A stretch of 64,000 nt of DNA from Callorhinchus milii (taxonomy: Eukaryota), in the NCBI RefSeq assembly GCF_018977255.1, contig NW_024704742.1, forward strand, positions 44,766,001 through 44,830,000, in the 5' to 3' direction. How positions within the stretch are numbered: position 1 is the stretch's first letter; the number at the start of each line of letters is the position of its first letter. Position numbers and translations under genes: made by a program. The notes below the pieces were generated by a model. The model did no database searches, was not told the DNA's origin, and was given only the letters and a program-made list of their open reading frames with translations. This document shows, piece by piece, positions 62,084 to 64,000 of this stretch.

Positions 62084-63115
62084 CTCAGTGGCAACTTTCC
62101 TGTCCTCCAGGCTATGGCGTTATCCCACCTTGCGCCGACTCCATTTTAAAGGGGCACTCGGAAACCATTCGTAAATTTCCTGATTTCCCAAATAGCCAGC
62201 CCACTCCTGGGGAGCAGTGAGTCAACATTCCTTGTTCTCTTTCAGCTTCCCCTATGGCAAGTGCAGTTTGAAAAGATAAGCCATCAAGCAGATTTTGGAG
62301 GTGGAAAGAGAATTGTACCATTATAACCAACTAGTACTGAGTGTTGAATCAGTGCTCTGAGACTCTACCCCACATGAAGGGTGCTATATAAATGCAAGTT
62401 ATTGTTGTTATTGACCAAATTCCTGTTGCTTTTAGCTTGGCATAAATCTGCTGTCACAAATCGTTCAAGATTTTCTGTGACTCCAGAGGTTGGTGCAGCT
62501 AGAAGGAATCTTTTTTNATTCAATGCATTTCACGATAATGAATATAAGTCTTGTGTTTGTCTTATGATTTTTTATTGCTGTGGTTTCAGTTCCAGCGATA
62601 TTAGTTTCAACCTTCAGACACTCAAACTTTTAAAACAGTCATCCCAGGTCATACAATCAACTTCAGGCACAATTGCAACTAATTATCTAGGCAAGAAGCA
62701 TCCCATATTAGTGTTTGTGCAGTACAAGCACTCAGCGGAAAATTGTTTTTTTTGGGGCAGCAAATTTATTTTGTGCGTTATTACTGCTAAGTCACATTTA
62801 GCACTGTGCAAATTAATTGCAGAAGTTAAACATTGCTGCCCATGTAGAAAATCAACAATTAAATCAATAATTAAGGGGCATAATGGATTAAAATAAGACC
62901 AGTTACTATTCTGCAACCACCATAATATGTTATACATGGGTGCCAATGTGACTGAGTTGAAGCAGGGTTAACTGGTGCTGGAGCACACAGTAATTTGTAG
63001 TCAAAGCAGATAGCAATTTTTGAAATATTTCCGTTGATGACATTTGCTCAACAAAACTGGAGAGATTATTAAGGCATTATCTAGTCCAAAGTGTTTACGG
63101 ATGTCAGACACATTA

Positions 63116-63488
63116 TCCTGTAGCGCATTAGTTAGAGCGCTCACCTCACAAGTGAGAGGACCTGGGTTTAATTCCTGTACAGGGTGAAACGTTAGGCAAG
63201 TTTCCTTACTCCACACACCTCTGTTTACCTTGCAATAAGTAGGAACCGGGTTGTTAATCGATTGGTGGATCACTATTCTGGGGGGAATTATCTCTTCAAA
63301 AATAAAATAAATAATTTGATCACTCAATCCACAACTGTTTGTGGGACACTGCTGTGCGTCGTTGGCTACCGTATCTCGACCACAAAATATACAGTCAATT
63401 CACTTTACAGTATATTCTGTGAAGCGCTTGAGACGTTTTGAATACTTGATAAGGTACTATATTAAATGCAAGGATTATTATTATTATT
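63116..63488 (+). mobile_element. tRNA-derived SINE, long form
   Basis: 'tcctgtagcgcattagttagagcgctcacctcacaagtgagaggacctgggtttaattcc'; body colinear with 11133-11494. Confidence 0.9.
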
Positions 63489-64000
63489 GCCAGAACTTGC
63501 AGGGTCAAATATGATTTGGGTTCAGCACATTTGGAATCAGATTCTGTAATGCAACAACTTTACCTCTAACTATGAACTAGCGGACCCCATAAAAATCTTT
63601 GTTATTGGCTCTTTCTGAATCTACATAGTGAACATACATCAATCACTCAACCTTACAAAATTGAAAGCAGGGGGTGATTAATGTACTTCTACAGATTATG
63701 TTTTGGTGCACACTCTATCGGAAAGCAAAGCAGCAGCAGTTAGTTGCTTAACAGCACTCATAGGATAGTTTATTCTCCAAGGTCATCGACTAAACATGTG
63801 CTGAAATTTGTGCACCCACACATAATGCCTTTGCTTTCCTTGGAATCTATTCTATGTATATGCATGTAGTTTATAGTGCCCAGAACATTACATTGATATA
63901 TTATATAATTATTAGATTAGCGATTGTTATTATTCATTTGCATATCAATGACCCAGATCAGCTCATGTCCAGGGCCTGACAGTCGTTACAACCACCCAGT

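Noticed and set aside
62517..62517. Single N base
   Set aside because: Assembly ambiguity, not biological

Overview
AT-rich, repeat-dense vertebrate non-coding DNA (intronic or intergenic). The repeat complement points to a cartilaginous fish: L2-clade LINEs with (GTT)n tails, CR1 LINEs with (TTCTATGA)n tails, Deu-domain SINEs, and a tRNA-Ala-headed SINE with an (ATT)n tail. This assignment is an inference. No intact or recognisable host protein-coding gene, rRNA, true tRNA or CRISPR array was found. The recognisable ORFs in the track are decayed LINE endonuclease/RT fragments or artefacts of tandem repeats. Main structures: (1) a 1075-bp solo LTR (21197-22271) with TG...CA ends, 10/12 terminal inverted repeats, a 4-bp CTTC target-site duplication and four 39-bp internal repeats; (2) a near full-length, apparently single-ORF L2 element (about 56475-60550) with an ETS-CRE-like motif at its 5' end and a younger antisense L2 nested inside it; (3) a 27/28-bp minisatellite with higher-order structure that arose inside a Deu-SINE and replaced its core; (4) modular SINE evolution, with a shared 3' half, swapped heads and an L2-matched tail. 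Several short segments bounded by good splice signals are listed as low-confidence candidate exons only.
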